A stretch of 62,276 bases of DNA, counting the filler, from Globobulimina sp. (lineage: Eukaryota): NCBI GenBank assembly GCA_003354225.1. It is 34 parts of 34 records of this genome, joined end to end, with 100 filler letters (N's around TTAATTAATTAA, not from the genome) between each part and the next. Parts side by side here need not be neighbours in the genome. Positions count along the whole stretch, not along the records: positions 11,013 to 12,747 come from PIVH01012549.1; positions 12,848 to 14,582 come from PIVH01012550.1; positions 14,683 to 16,417 come from PIVH01012551.1; positions 16,518 to 18,252 come from PIVH01012552.1; positions 18,353 to 20,087 come from PIVH01012553.1; positions 20,188 to 21,922 come from PIVH01012554.1; positions 22,023 to 23,757 come from PIVH01012555.1; 27 more parts are not named here. The stretch is one strand, 5' to 3'. How positions within the stretch are numbered: position 1 is the stretch's first letter; the number at the start of each line of letters is the position of its first letter. Positions 11,013-23,548 of this stretch are shown piece after piece. Made by a program: the position numbers and the translations under genes. The notes under the pieces are model-generated. The model saw only the letters and a program-made list of their open reading frames with translations. It had not been told where the DNA came from and made no database searches.

Positions 11013-12747
11013 ATTTGTGACTTGTTCGTGTATTAAATTTACTTTCTGGTCATCCATATCCGTAGGAATCGGATTATTTAAATTGTTGAATATTGCCAAT
11101 GTGTTTTGTTTTGTGCATTTGGGACATTTATTATTTGGATCGGATTTATCTAAAATGGCAACACATTCATGAGTTGAACATGATTTTTGTTCAAAGGCTG
11201 TGAAATATTTTGAATTTTTATGATTGATATCATCGATATTATGAATAATGTGCTTTGTTAATGTGCTCAATCTTTGCCAATTTTTTTTATTTGCTTTGCA
11301 ATCAATAATGTCACATTTGAATGAATTTTTACATCCTTTCATAGTAATACATTGTTTGCAGTACCACTGACTGTAAAATGCCAGCTTTTCGTGATTAATA
11401 TCTAATTCTTGCAAATTAAACGTCGAATCGCATGAAAAACATTTGATAGTTTGCGGATTTGTGTGATTTGCTGCAACGTCTACGGCAACACAGTTAGATG
11501 ACACATTGTGTTGTAATTCCGTTTTATCATCGCAATGTACAGATTTTTGTTTGTTTTTTGGGTCCGGGATTAATATTTTTTGTATTTGGTGCTGGTTTGT
11601 CTTCGTCAAACCAACGTTGTGTATCACCCGGTATTATAACTGTTTTTTTGCCAATTTGTCGTAGTTTTTCGTCATAATATAATTGTTTATGATATTCGTT
11701 GTCAAATTTTGGTGGATTGCGCCATTTTGTAATGTGATCGAAGATTCCTTTGTTTCGTGTTCTATATTCTAGGAAGGATTCGTTGTTTTGGATGTCTGTT
11801 GTTTTTGTTTTGTTGTGTTTAAATCTAAAGTCTCTCAATGAATTTGAATGAGATTCTGTCGATTTATAGGGGTTATTTATCAAATTATTGAGTGTCAGAT
11901 TGTGGTTGTTATTGCACGGAGTAACAATGTCATTATTGTTGTTTAAGTGCACTTCCTCGCGTTGGGTATTAACAGTGTTATTATTATTGTTGTTGTTGTG
12001 TTTGGTCAGTTGTTGGGAGTAAAGAGGGGACCAATGGGATGCGAAGCATTTAGAAGCTCTAAAGAGGGAGAAATTTGGTTTATTGATGGTAATTTGTTGG
12101 GATTAATGTTGGAAATATGTTGTATTGTACGGTGTTTGTCTGGGTCCATTGTACGTAGTCGTAATAATGGCATCTGCATATTGTTACTAATTGTTTGCAT
12201 CCTGGACATTGTGGTTGAAAAAAACGGTCCCAAATTTGATATTCAATTTCGTGATTAATATAGAAATCAATTTCTTCCGCCGATGGCTGTAAATAATTTA
12301 CTTCAAGAGTTGAGTCAATAATATACGAATGGACAAGATCAGCAACCTGCCTTTGATGAATGTCTTCTTCTGCAATTAATAGACGTGTCTCTTCGTACGA
12401 AGCGATTGATTGATTTACGTGAGATTCTGTATCGATTGGTAGAAACGATACGATTTCTACGGCTAATGTCGAATATAATTCTGTATTGTTTAGAATAGCA
12501 GCTATTTCAAACTGGTATTCAGATTTAAGACTTTCTGTTTGTGTAATAAAGAATGAATTCAGTTTGTCTAAATTGGTTTTAATAAAAATGCGAGGGTTAA
12601 GGTATTAAGAAGTGTAGTGAAGTAATTTAGCAAATATATGTTTAGCAGGAAATGGCGATGGCACACCAGTGAATATCACAGCATTTCTGAAACAAAAATG
12701 TATTAAGTTTAATAAAATTGAAACACTGTCCTTAAGTTCAATGTATT
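11013..12747 (-). pseudogene. Decayed long ORF with zinc fingers, probably the 5' part of a non-LTR retrotransposon
   Basis: Chain of open segments broken by one in-frame TAA (~12607) and two frameshifts (~12090, ~11530-11630); CxxC pairs and a C2H2-like FKCDIIDCKANKKNWQRLSTLTKHIIH; A/C-rich sense strand; no introns evident. Confidence 0.4.
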
Positions 12748-12870
12748 NNNNNNNNNNNNNNNNNNNNNNNNNNNNNNNNNNNNNNNNNNNNTTAATTAAT
12801 TAANNNNNNNNNNNNNNNNNNNNNNNNNNNNNNNNNNNNNNNNNNNNTATACTGAATACGTATACTTTAT

Positions 12871-14582
12871 TTACGGCGCAGAAAATTTTTTGACAGAAGC
12901 AATAATGTCATCTTTATCCGCACCTTCAATTTTATGAACTTCTTGTCCATTTTTAAAGAATTTGAATGTCGGCATACATTGAATTTTCTGCGCTTGAGAT
13001 AATTTTTTTAATTTAACAACATCAGCTTTTAAAAACACGACACCTGGAAACTGATGAGATATCTCATGATAATGCGGTGCGATATAAATGCATGGCCCAC
13101 ACCACGTTGCCCAGAAATCGACCACAATCAACGTCTCTTTCTCCACTTTTTTGCTAATTTCATCGAATTCCTCATCACGCGATAACATAATAACAGTGTC
13201 CATAAAGGAATAATCCTCTTTATACTGCTCATAGCCATATTCTTTTAACCCATTACAAATATCCATTGCTTTAAATGCTACGTTTTCGGTCATAGCTTTG
13301 TAACCATTTGGCTTATATTTATATCCCTTATCACTAAAAATTAAATTAAAATACGTGATTGGCTCTGGCATTTTCAATTCATCTGCCTCAGCACCCGTAG
13401 CTTCCCTTTTTTTCTGATAAAGTTCAATCATTTTGTTTCTCACTGCAATATTTCGAATACTTACTGCCGGAAATAACCCTTTGCTGTCATTGATATTTTT
13501 AAATACTATGCCTAAATCTTTCCCATTTACCGAATACGAAATACATTTCATATCTAAATCTAAGCCACAACCAATAATATCCCCTGCCTTCCAACTAATT
13601 TCCGCGCAAAATGAAGTACCGAATATTCCCCATTTTCGCATTCTTAACATAGTACAAAGAGTCCCCGGTATAATCAGAAACATATATTACTGGTTTTTGC
13701 TGCGTTAATTATAAAAAAAGCAGTATTGAATGTGTCTGATTATACACAAGTTATCTTTGAGTGTATATAAATTGCATTAATTTATCTCATACCGTAATAA
13801 ATCACAGCCCCACGAATGACTGTCATCGCCGACCCCTATTCCTCGACTGGCATCAGCTTCAAATGAACCATCCACAAAACCTAATTGCATACAGCCTGCA
13901 GTGCTTAGTTCGAGTTCAAAATAATATTTATTCTCCGCACTTAATTCTAATTCGCAACATTGTAAAATCGCAGTTGGAAATCCTGCTTTTGCTGCGATTT
14001 TAATTCCATGCTCCACATTCTCGCAAGAAATATCACCTTCAAACTTCCAAATCTCTTCTTGCTTCGCCTCCATATCGATAGCAATACAGTTATATCCATC
14101 GGGTTTCTTCTGTTTTAATTTGCTTTCCTCGAATATAAACACGCCATTCTGGCCTCTTTGCAATGTAAAACCAGCAAATAAGTTGCCATCAGATTCGATA
14201 TTCTCAAACGCAGTGCCTTGACAGTCGCCGTTTAAATAAAACGCAATGGTTTTGGTGCTGCCATCCAATGCGAAGCCTAAAATATCGCCGGCTTTCCATT
14301 TGGTTTTGCCGTAACTCGAATCCATATTAAATACTTTCTGTTTAACCCCATTGTAACCAAACGAATCCGCATCGAAACCAACCTCATTCCGAGACGAATG
14401 TGACGCGTTACAGAAACCAATATTAATGTCTTTATAACTCGTCGGATCTTCCACTAATTCAACTTCGTAATACCATTTACCGCTGGTTTTCAACTCAAAA
14501 TTGCAACGTACGTAGCGTTTGGAATCACGCTTGCAATGTAGATTGCAGTTCCAATCCAAAACGTCAGAATATACTTCAAATT
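12871..14582 (-). CDS. SPRY-SPRY-thioredoxin fusion protein, 5'-partial; intron 13643-13792
   Basis: Two SPRY domains (GKWYYEV...VGFDADSFGYNG...WKAGDILG; KYYFELEL...GVGDDSHSWG...WKAGDIIGCGLD) followed by thioredoxin VVDFWATWCGPC...MPTFKFFKNG. The GT-AG intron restores DLLR|MRKW. Confidence 0.9.
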
Positions 14583-14682
14583 NNNNNNNNNNNNNNNNNN
14601 NNNNNNNNNNNNNNNNNNNNNNNNNNTTAATTAATTAANNNNNNNNNNNNNNNNNNNNNNNNNNNNNNNNNNNNNNNNNNNN

Positions 14683-16417
14683 GCCGCGGATATTGAACCA
14701 AAGAATTACCGCAATAATCAATAAACATGTTCTATTATACACTGTGATCCATGCGATGTTGAACGATTATGATGTCAGGAAAATTACGTATAAATCATTG
14801 ATGTTCCAATTAATGAAGCCATATGAAGTAAAAGTTGAGCGATTGAATGCCATCCATTCAGAGTTAAACAAAAACAAAAATGGCTTCTCGCAAATGAATG
14901 ATGCCGACATGAAAAATCCGAATAATGATAGTGAGCAACAACAAATAAATGAAGACGTATGGTATGATAACAAAGTCAATGCAATTAATGAGAAATACGC
15001 AGAAATGATCCAATTAATAGAAAAATCGATGGTGACGAAGGCAGATATTATCGACACAAATAGAATCGCGGTGCGTCGTTTCTGTAAAGCGACATACTAT
15101 CATTTACAGAATGAAACAGGCAGTGAACTCCCAATCCCAACCTGGCTGGAATCGGAAGCATGGTTCAAAATGATTCGATTGATTGCTGCTGAGAATTGTA
15201 TACAAAGTGTGAGCCGCCCACAACGTACAGAATTAGAATATGACGGCAAAAACGTATATTTGACGCCCATTACAATCATTGGAATAAATCCGAAATTATT
15301 GGTTGGTGACGAATCGTTGGGTTTCCCTGTGATGAAAATCCAAATTGGCACATTGATTAAATATTTGGTATTAGTAAACAATGACTTTTATACAGATTAC
15401 TTGCTGACTGTTGGTAACTGTGTATGCGGCAAAAAGTTTCCTGGCCACGACGAGTGCCCCGAGCAGGCGAATTATTTGGCGAAGGAAATAAATCGAATCA
15501 AACAGAGATACAACGCTGGAAAGACAACCAAGAAGAAAATGGATAATGATATCAAGAAAATAGTTGCGATTAAATGCATAAATTGTGGACATTGGGGCCA
15601 TTTCGGCAGTGGCTGCAAATGCAAAGATTCGCGGTGTTTATGCTGCTACGAATCTAAACATATTCGTACATTAAATATCAAAGTATGTGAGGACTCCAAG
15701 AATATTCGCGCGCTATTCACGAATTTATTTGATTTATCGGTGAATTTTGAGGCCATTGAATATCAAAACATTGACCATTATAAATTAATAAACTGTTCAG
15801 TCAATCAAGAATTAGAATTATCTGATTTATACAAAGTTATTGCTTCGGATGCAACCAATCAACAAATTGAAATAAGCGAATCAAAAAGGAGCGGCAATAA
15901 TGACTCCCAAACATATTCTGAAGCGGCAAAATCCAACGAAACGGACGTAGAGATATTGAATAATAAAATCAGTGATGCAGCAATACCACCGAATGACCTA
16001 TTTATTACAGACGATACATTGCAGAAACATGGATTGGATGAGACGGATTTTGAGAATGACATCGCTTCGGATTTATTTGACGAATCAAAATCAATAACAA
16101 TCGAAAAGGATACAATTACGCCCCGGTTACCAGAAAAAGCTAATAATTATAACACAGTGCCACAGTCCAATCCGTTTGAAAGCATCCAAGGATTTCCCAA
16201 CAATAAGAATGACGATATCAATATTAATGTAAGCAATTCGATGACAGACCAATCCATGCAATTTGATTATACGGCCAACAATTTTGATAAAGCGCCGCCA
16301 ACAAACACACAAACAAACAGATCTCCGCAGTATACATTTGGGGTCGATCCAACCCCGAGAACTAAGACACAATTAAATAGGAAACCGCAACCCAAATTAC
16401 CAAAGTATAGTAAATCC
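14683..16417 (+). mobile_element. Zinc-knuckle ORF1/gag-like protein (internal to C-terminal part)
   Basis: CX2CX4HX4C (CINCGHWGHFGSGC) followed by CLCCYESKH..C; intronless across 1.7 kb; paralog at 36701-38192. Confidence 0.6.
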
Positions 16418-16568
16418 NNNNNNNNNNNNNNNNNNNNNNNNNNNNNNNNNNNNNNNNNNNNTTAATTAATTAANNNNNNNNNNNNNNNNNNNNNNNNNNN
16501 NNNNNNNNNNNNNNNNNATTTACGGAACTATCTGATAATTCAAGATGGATAAGAAATATTTTTATATA

Positions 16569-16712
16569 AATATTATTTTCCCTGTAGATTGGTTTGGATG
16601 GATTAGTTTTTAGATTATCCTCGCACACCAGGGAGATGGTGATAACAATGCATAGGATCTAAAACGTCTAAAAACTAATCCCTCCGAACTAATCTACAGG
16701 GAAAGTAGTGTT
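16569..16712 (+). repeat. Long hairpin: 46-bp stem, 52-nt loop
   Basis: 16569-16614 pairs with 16667-16712: 40 Watson-Crick pairs, 5 G-T pairs and 1 mismatch on the + strand. Confidence 0.85.
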
Positions 16713-16923
16713 ATCACCTCATATTTTTCTAGATCACATAATATCAAAACGGAGACGAAACTGGCAAGAAAGCAAAAATTTGTTGTGAGTTAATCATCAA
16801 ATTGTATAAAAACTGACTTCTGTAATCTGTATGAAACGTATAATTTAAACGAAATGTATTCACAGGTGGTATTAGCGTTAATTTACAAACAATATCCTTC
16901 CACTCAAATTTATTTGATTGTTT

Positions 16924-18252
16924 TTACATCTTTGTTGTCATATTTACATCATTCACAATGTCTAAGTCGTTTTCTTCATCAAAATTGTTGATATCATCAA
17001 CATCAATATCAATATCATCAACGTCAATATCAATATCATCATTTTCCTCAGGATATTGTCCAGCTGTTGCCATATTTATCTCATTCACAATATCAAAATT
17101 AAAGTCACCATCATCATTGCTATATGCATGTGGGTCATGATCAGGAGATGTACTATTAATTCTCTCCATTGCTACGCCATTATCTGTTGCCTGATGCACT
17201 GCAATCTGTCCTTCTATACTTTGAACCGTTGCAACTCGTTTCTTTTTATAAAGACATATTAGTGATACTGCCATTAAACATATTCCTATTGAAATAATCA
17301 TTGCGCCAACAGCAATGATACTAATTAACATTCCTTTTTTCTTGCTTCCAATATTATTATTATCGGGTTTTTCTCCTTCAGCATTATAATTATCTGTAGT
17401 TTGTAATTTAGATACATACGGACTCTTTGTTGGAACGTTAATTTGCAATTTAATGTTTGGAGGGGAGGTTGGATTTGATGTGGATGGATTGGAAGTGATT
17501 GGGAACAATGTTGGATTTAAAGTAGGTGTCTTTGTTGGTGCATAGGATGGATTCATTGTTGGTGTTGAAGTAGGTGTATTTGTGGGTGAATGAGATGGAT
17601 TTAAAGTTGGTGCAGTGGACGGATTTAAAGTTGGTGCAGTGGATGGATTTGTTGTTGGTGAAATAGTCGGCTTACCCGATGGATTTGGAGTAGGTGTATT
17701 AGATGGATCAGAAGTCGGTGCTGGTGTTGGATTTGGTGTATCACAGCCATTAACACAAAAGTCGGTAATTGTTTGAGGTAGCTCCCAATTTCTAGCTCCA
17801 ACAGACCCATAGGTATAAGGTGAATTTGTATCCGTCCAACTACCGATATAATTGCTGTTAACCCACACTTTTATAAGTGGTACATTGTCCACTTCAACTT
17901 TAAGATGATATGAATTTCCATCAACATGAGCTGAGCCCATATCCCATTGGGCTTCAGTAGTGTAACTATTTGAGAATTTCCCTATCATCGCTTTTATTCT
18001 ATATAAATTTAGGTGTTGTTTATGTTAATATATAATAAATACAAATATATATATATATATATAATAACGGGTTTGCTAATACTAGTGCGAAAGCATAATA
18101 ATAACCACTATTTGCGCCTGTGCCGGGTGTTTGAATATGGAATGCCAGCCCACCGTTCCCGGTCATAGCTGTTGGCGTCATTATCATTTCCGCTGTGTAA
18201 CCTTCCCATGTTAAAGAAGCTGTGTTACGGTCGCCAATCCATGCGAAAGACC
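16924..18252 (-). CDS. Type I membrane protein: ConA/LamG-like (DUF1080-like) domain + Pro/Thr stalk + TM + acidic tail; 5'-partial; probable intron 17999-18068
   Basis: Beta-rich segment GNGGLAFHI...YHLKVEV...IKVWVN...GSVG; PTxxP repeats; TM MLISIIAVGAMIISIGICLMAVSLICLY followed by KKKR. Confidence 0.75.
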
Positions 18253-18352
18253 NNNNNNNNNNNNNNNNNNNNNNNNNNNNNNNNNNNNNNNNNNNNTTAA
18301 TTAATTAANNNNNNNNNNNNNNNNNNNNNNNNNNNNNNNNNNNNNNNNNNNN

Positions 18353-19112
18353 ATAAGTATATACCAATCAGTCCTTCAGCAAACTGAGTCAAGTTCATTT
18401 CAATAATAGTTCTTTGATCGAACCAGCCATCAGTTCCTATGTAAAAATATGGATAGCCCCACAAGTCGCTATCATTTAACTTTTTAAATAAAGCTGGAAT
18501 ATTCTTTTTATGATCAATAATAACAATGACAAATACTTCTTTTTCCCGTATATCTTTAATAAAAGATGCTTCATTAATATTAAATGGATGTATCTCAATG
18601 TCATAATGTTTACCTTGTTCAGCTATCACTTTACTAAAACTCTCACCATAATTGTCATTGATATATAATACACCGATTTTTGTGTAATTCAGATTTTTGC
18701 ACAACTTTACGATAGCTTTTCCTTGCAATGTATCGCTTGCGATTGTTCTATAAACGGCAGGATATCGATCAGTTGAAGAAAAATCTGTAGACGTGGATGA
18801 AGCACTCATTTGAATCCAATCATAACCCTGTAATACAATCGCTGTTCGCTCAGTAAAAGAGCTCCACACACAGCCCAATATGATAGGGATATGAACTTCT
18901 GATGTTGAAGCAGTTGAACATGAGGCAGCGGCATAAACAGAATATCTCAACGCTTCATTTTCGAGAGGTTCTGTGTCACAGTTGAGTAATTTTAAGGAAA
19001 TCGAATAATTGGCTAAAATATCTTCATTTTTATTAATTTGATTCATTGCAACTTTCTGCGCTGCAAACACAGTGTTCTCAGAACTTGTTGTTATTGCATA
19101 GAAATGTAGCAT
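18353..19112 (-). CDS. Venus-flytrap (ANF-receptor) ligand-binding domain, GABA-B/class C GPCR-like; 3'-partial
   Basis: INKNEDILANYSISL, ILGCVWSS, QMSASSTSTDFSSTDRYPAVYRT, SDTLQGKAI, YINDNYG, IGTDGW. Confidence 0.85.
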
Positions 19113-19199
19113 ATTCTTGCAGTCTTTGTGAAATCTGAAGTGCGTTGATATGTAGAAGTTTTTGTGAAAATTTCTGAAATCTGAAGTGTAGACTACAAC

Positions 19200-20085
19200 A
19201 TGGCAACATGTGACATTGCATCTTTGGCATACTATGTATTTCTTGGGGTCACATTATGTTTCTTTTGCACCGCAATATTCGGAGATGTAAAATACATTGT
19301 ATTTTTTTCAAAAAACAATGAAATCAAAACAATGAGATCGTTGTTAATTATTGGTTTTGTATATTTATTCCTTACAACAACACTACTAGTTTTTTATATT
19401 ATTTATACTGTATATATGCTCTCAAATATGTGTACAATGGACTTAACAAATATTAATTCGACACCAGGTTTTTTAGTATTGGATAAAATTAAAGACATTT
19501 TATACTGTTTGCAAATGTATGGTCTTTGGTTAACATTATTTACTCGCTTATATTTTGTCTTTAAGGTATTTTGAATTTAATTCCGTTATTTTTTTATTTT
19601 ATATACGATATGAATACAAACAGGCCTCTGTCTACAGATTATCATGTTGTACATTGATAATCTTCCTCGGCATACTAATAATAGTTCCATTTGCGTCCAT
19701 ATCCTTATTTTTACCAATTTGGCCGTCCAATGATATGAATGATCCAAATACATCTTTATTTTTGGTGGCTTCATCATTATTTTCATTTTCAATGTTATTT
19801 TGTATAGCAATTACATTTCTATTTTTATATAAATTATGTAAGGTATATTCAAATGAAAAAATATCAAATTTAGATAATTCAATGAGTTTATTGCCCGTTA
19901 TTACTAAAAATACAATATTGGCTGTTATATCTTTAATATTTATGATATTGGCCACATCATTGTGGTCATCCTCAACAAGAGGCTCTATTATTTATGTGAT
20001 ACTGTCCGATTATATGATATTATTTGATATTTACAGCAACTTTATATGCTCATTATTAGCTTATCATTTTTTTCACGGATATTAA
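19200..20085 (+). CDS. Seven-transmembrane protein, paralog of 5652-6581; intron 19566-19623
   Basis: Splicing gives RLYFVFK|ASVYRLS, matching the paralog KLYFVFEDSAYRLS; ITKNTILAVIS and DIYSNFIC are conserved. Confidence 0.75.
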
Positions 20086-20187
20086 AANNNNNNNNNNNNN
20101 NNNNNNNNNNNNNNNNNNNNNNNNNNNNNNNTTAATTAATTAANNNNNNNNNNNNNNNNNNNNNNNNNNNNNNNNNNNNNNNNNNNN

Positions 20188-20364
20188 CTCTTTATTTAAA
20201 TAAATAAAATCCATCCGACCTTTCAAAATCAACGTTTTTGCGATATAAAAAAGTGTCGTTAATGAGGATGGTCCTGGTGGCAATCGACGAATCTTTTGGC
20301 GTATCTTCCAAATCAATTGATAGAACCCAAGAAATGCACCAAAAGCTATCAGCACACGTAACAT
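20188..20364 (-). CDS. Probable cytochrome P450 N-terminus, 3'-partial
   Basis: Signal-anchor, basic linker and LPPGP hinge. Confidence 0.5.
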
Positions 20365-20579
20365 TATTTGTAGTGAAAAAACTTGAAAACTCTCAAAAAC
20401 AAAAACAAAAAAATGATTTCTGAAAAGATGAAAAGATCTAACTAAAATTGATAATAATTATCTAAACATGCGACTTATGACTCTAAATTAGCAACTTATG
20501 AATTATTGATTTCATAATTTCAGCTACCTAGTTTTTTCGATCGAAAATCTCTAATTCGTATATTTAATTCTATCAAGTA

Positions 20580-21922
20580 TCAGTTGCCCCAACGATTCTT
20601 TCTTTTTCTTTTTTGATTGTTTGACGGTGCTTCTTTATCAAAAACATGAGTTTGTCCATTATTTATCACACTGTCCGTTGCTCGCACAAATGTACTCATT
20701 AACGAATTCTTGCCATCCACATATTTCTTCTTATTGTTGCCGTTCTTCTTTGCTTCAAAATCGCCATTCACCATTTGTTGCAACTGCGGCGAGACCAACA
20801 TCCTTAATTTGCGCAATAACTCCAACAATTTGCTCGCCATCAACTGATCATTGCCGCCTTTCGGAGTCAGCAAAGTGTAGGAAACGCCATTTTTATTGTC
20901 GGCTCTCCCCGTTCTGCCCACGCGGTGAATGTAGGAATCGATATTATGCGGACAGTCATAATTGATCACCGTCATAATATTCACAATGTTGAGCCCTCGC
21001 GAGGCCACATCCGTCGCCACCAAAACGGAGATCAAACTCTTCTTAAACTTATCCAATATTTGCTGTCGCTTATTTTGCAACAAATCGCCGTGAAGCACTC
21101 CCGTCGGAATATTAAAATTATTCAAATCCCGCGACAACTGCTCGCATTTTAGCTTGCTGCGACAAAATATAATCACCAAACCGTTGCGCACAAAGGTCAG
21201 AATCCGCGGCTTTAACCATTCAAACTTATATTGATCGCTAACCACAACTTCCACATATTGCGTTATGTCCGCATTCGACAAATGGACATTTCCAATACGA
21301 ATCGCAACATAATTATCCCCCATCACATCGCAGGCAATTTTCTCAATTTTGCCGTTCATCGTCGCGGAAAACATTGCAATTTGTTTATCAGTCCGGATCT
21401 GTCCGATAACGCTTCGTATTTGCGACTCGAATCCCAAACTAAACATTTTGTCCACTTCGTCGACCACCACATAGGTTATCCGCCGACAATTGGTCGAACC
21501 GTCGCGCAGTAAATCGATGAAGCGGCCCGGTGTCGCCACGATGATCTCCACTCCGTGGCGCAACAATTTGCGTTGTTGGTGCATGTTCAGACCGCCATAC
21601 AATGGACAGACGCGCAAACCAAACGGAGCCACGTAGCGCTTGCATTCTTTATAGGTTTGCGAGGCCAATTCGCGGGTCGGAGCTATGATTAATGCAATGG
21701 CGCCGTCATTGTGCGCTGCTTCCATGGCATCCTGGCCCATAATGTGCGCGATCATGGGCCATATAAATGCGCCGGTTTTGCCGCTGCTTGACGACGATGA
21801 TTGTGATTGTGGCTGTAATTGAAATTGCGATTTGTGCGGTGCTTTGACAACATTTCTATATCCCTTCCCTGAGCGGGTTCGCCTAATCGTATCATTGGCG
21901 ACGGCATCAATGCCATTTGGCT
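20580..21922 (-). CDS. DDX42: DEAD-box RNA helicase, DDX42-like; helicase similarity begins at ~21786
   Basis: SGKTGAFIWPMIAHIM, APTRELA, ATPGR, DEVD, FSAT, ATDVASRG, HRVGRTGRA. FIWPMxxHIM and NADITQ.V favour DDX42. Confidence 0.8.
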
Positions 21923-22022
21923 NNNNNNNNNNNNNNNNNNNNNNNNNNNNNNNNNNNNNNNNNNNNTTAATTAATTAANNNNNNNNNNNNNNNNNNNNNN
22001 NNNNNNNNNNNNNNNNNNNNNN

Positions 22023-23415
22023 TGCGACGTGTGATTTAGATGGACATATTGAGAGTGCATTAGCATCGCAAAGACATTGGTATTTTTTGTATCAATTCGA
22101 GTCTATGATTGATATATTAATCGCAGCGTCGTTGTATGAGTCAGGCACCGTAGAATTGATTGATAATAACTGTATTTCGCAATATTTGACGGAGTTAAAG
22201 TGCTTAACTTCGCGCGTATTTTGGACGGCGTATTCCTCGCAGAATACTGATAATAATCCGGTTGGAAACAGTAATTTGTCGATGGAATGTTGGCGGTATT
22301 TGCAATTATTGACACCGTGTTTGCGATTAATAAATGCGATGTTTTCGTCGTGTCCGAAGAATGTACGCTTGCATTATCAGACTTTAACCTTTTTTGATAA
22401 ACATAATGATATTATTAATAAGCTGCTGACTTTGGATAATAATGAATTTGTGGTGTTGCGCTGCGTCAAATTGATTTTATCCATTTGGTACCAGCTATAT
22501 TGTGGTCCATTATATATTTCAGAGTGTAACAGAATTTCGACGATATCGGCTCGCGATTCTACAATTTTGCAAAATATTGAGTCAAAGTTGAAAATCTTCT
22601 ATTTTTTGGTGAAGAAATTCAAAGACATTGCGTTTAAAGCGGAGTATTTTGGGCAAAGTGGAGTAGATTTTGAAAATGATTTTGATTTTGATGCGTCAAA
22701 TGATGCTTTGTTATACAATGAATCTCTGAACACACAAATTGGCGGCGAGACCAAGGAAAGTATTTCGAGGGAAATTATCCGCATTTTATTGAATATTTTT
22801 CGAATAAAATCGATTGGTTCTTCCAAACATAACCATTCTTCAATGGGTCAGATTTCATTTACTCCGGTTTTTGAAAAGGATTTGAACTCAAATCAGAAAA
22901 TCAATGACAACAAACCGAATTTGCGCTTATTATGCGACTGTTTGTGCGGTATTCTACCGATTTCAAAGCAAAGTGGAAAATGGATTTATCAACAAAATAA
23001 TGAATTGTTCCAAATGTTGTCGTCGCACAATCTTAATTCAAATATTTTTACAAAGTTACAATATATCGAACCAATGTTAAGCACCGTGTCCATGGATGTT
23101 AATTTGCAATGTTTTTTAATTGAAAATATCTTATTGTTGTTATATTTTCATTGTGAATCTTATTTGAAATCATTTGAGAATGAGTTTTATCACAAATTCC
23201 ATTCCGTGGTAATGTGTGAAGTGATACAGTCATTAAAGGCGTGGTATGACGATGAGAATACGTGCATTTTGCATGTGAAACAAGATATGATTGAGAAAAG
23301 ATGGTCGAATGGCGTCCATGTTCCACCATCGAGTAAGATGTTTATTGAGATCATGTTGGAGAAATTCTACATTTTAGATAGAGATAATCGGAATTTGTTG
23401 AGTTTACAGCAATGA
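22023..23415 (+). CDS. NUP205: Nucleoporin NUP205/Nup192-like C-terminal region, 5'-partial
   Basis: RYLQLLTPCLRLINAMFSS...QTLTFFDKHNDIINKLL and LIENILLLLYFHCESYL resemble conserved Nup205 C-terminal blocks (from recall). Confidence 0.6.
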
Positions 23416-23548
23416 CAATGACTATTAATACAACACTGTTTGTTCTGATATATTTAAAAATTAATCTAACATTTCACATTTTTGGGTATTCTCTTCGAGT
23501 AAGTCATGCTAGCGTACTCAGAAAGAAATTTGTAGCAAAACCGGTATA

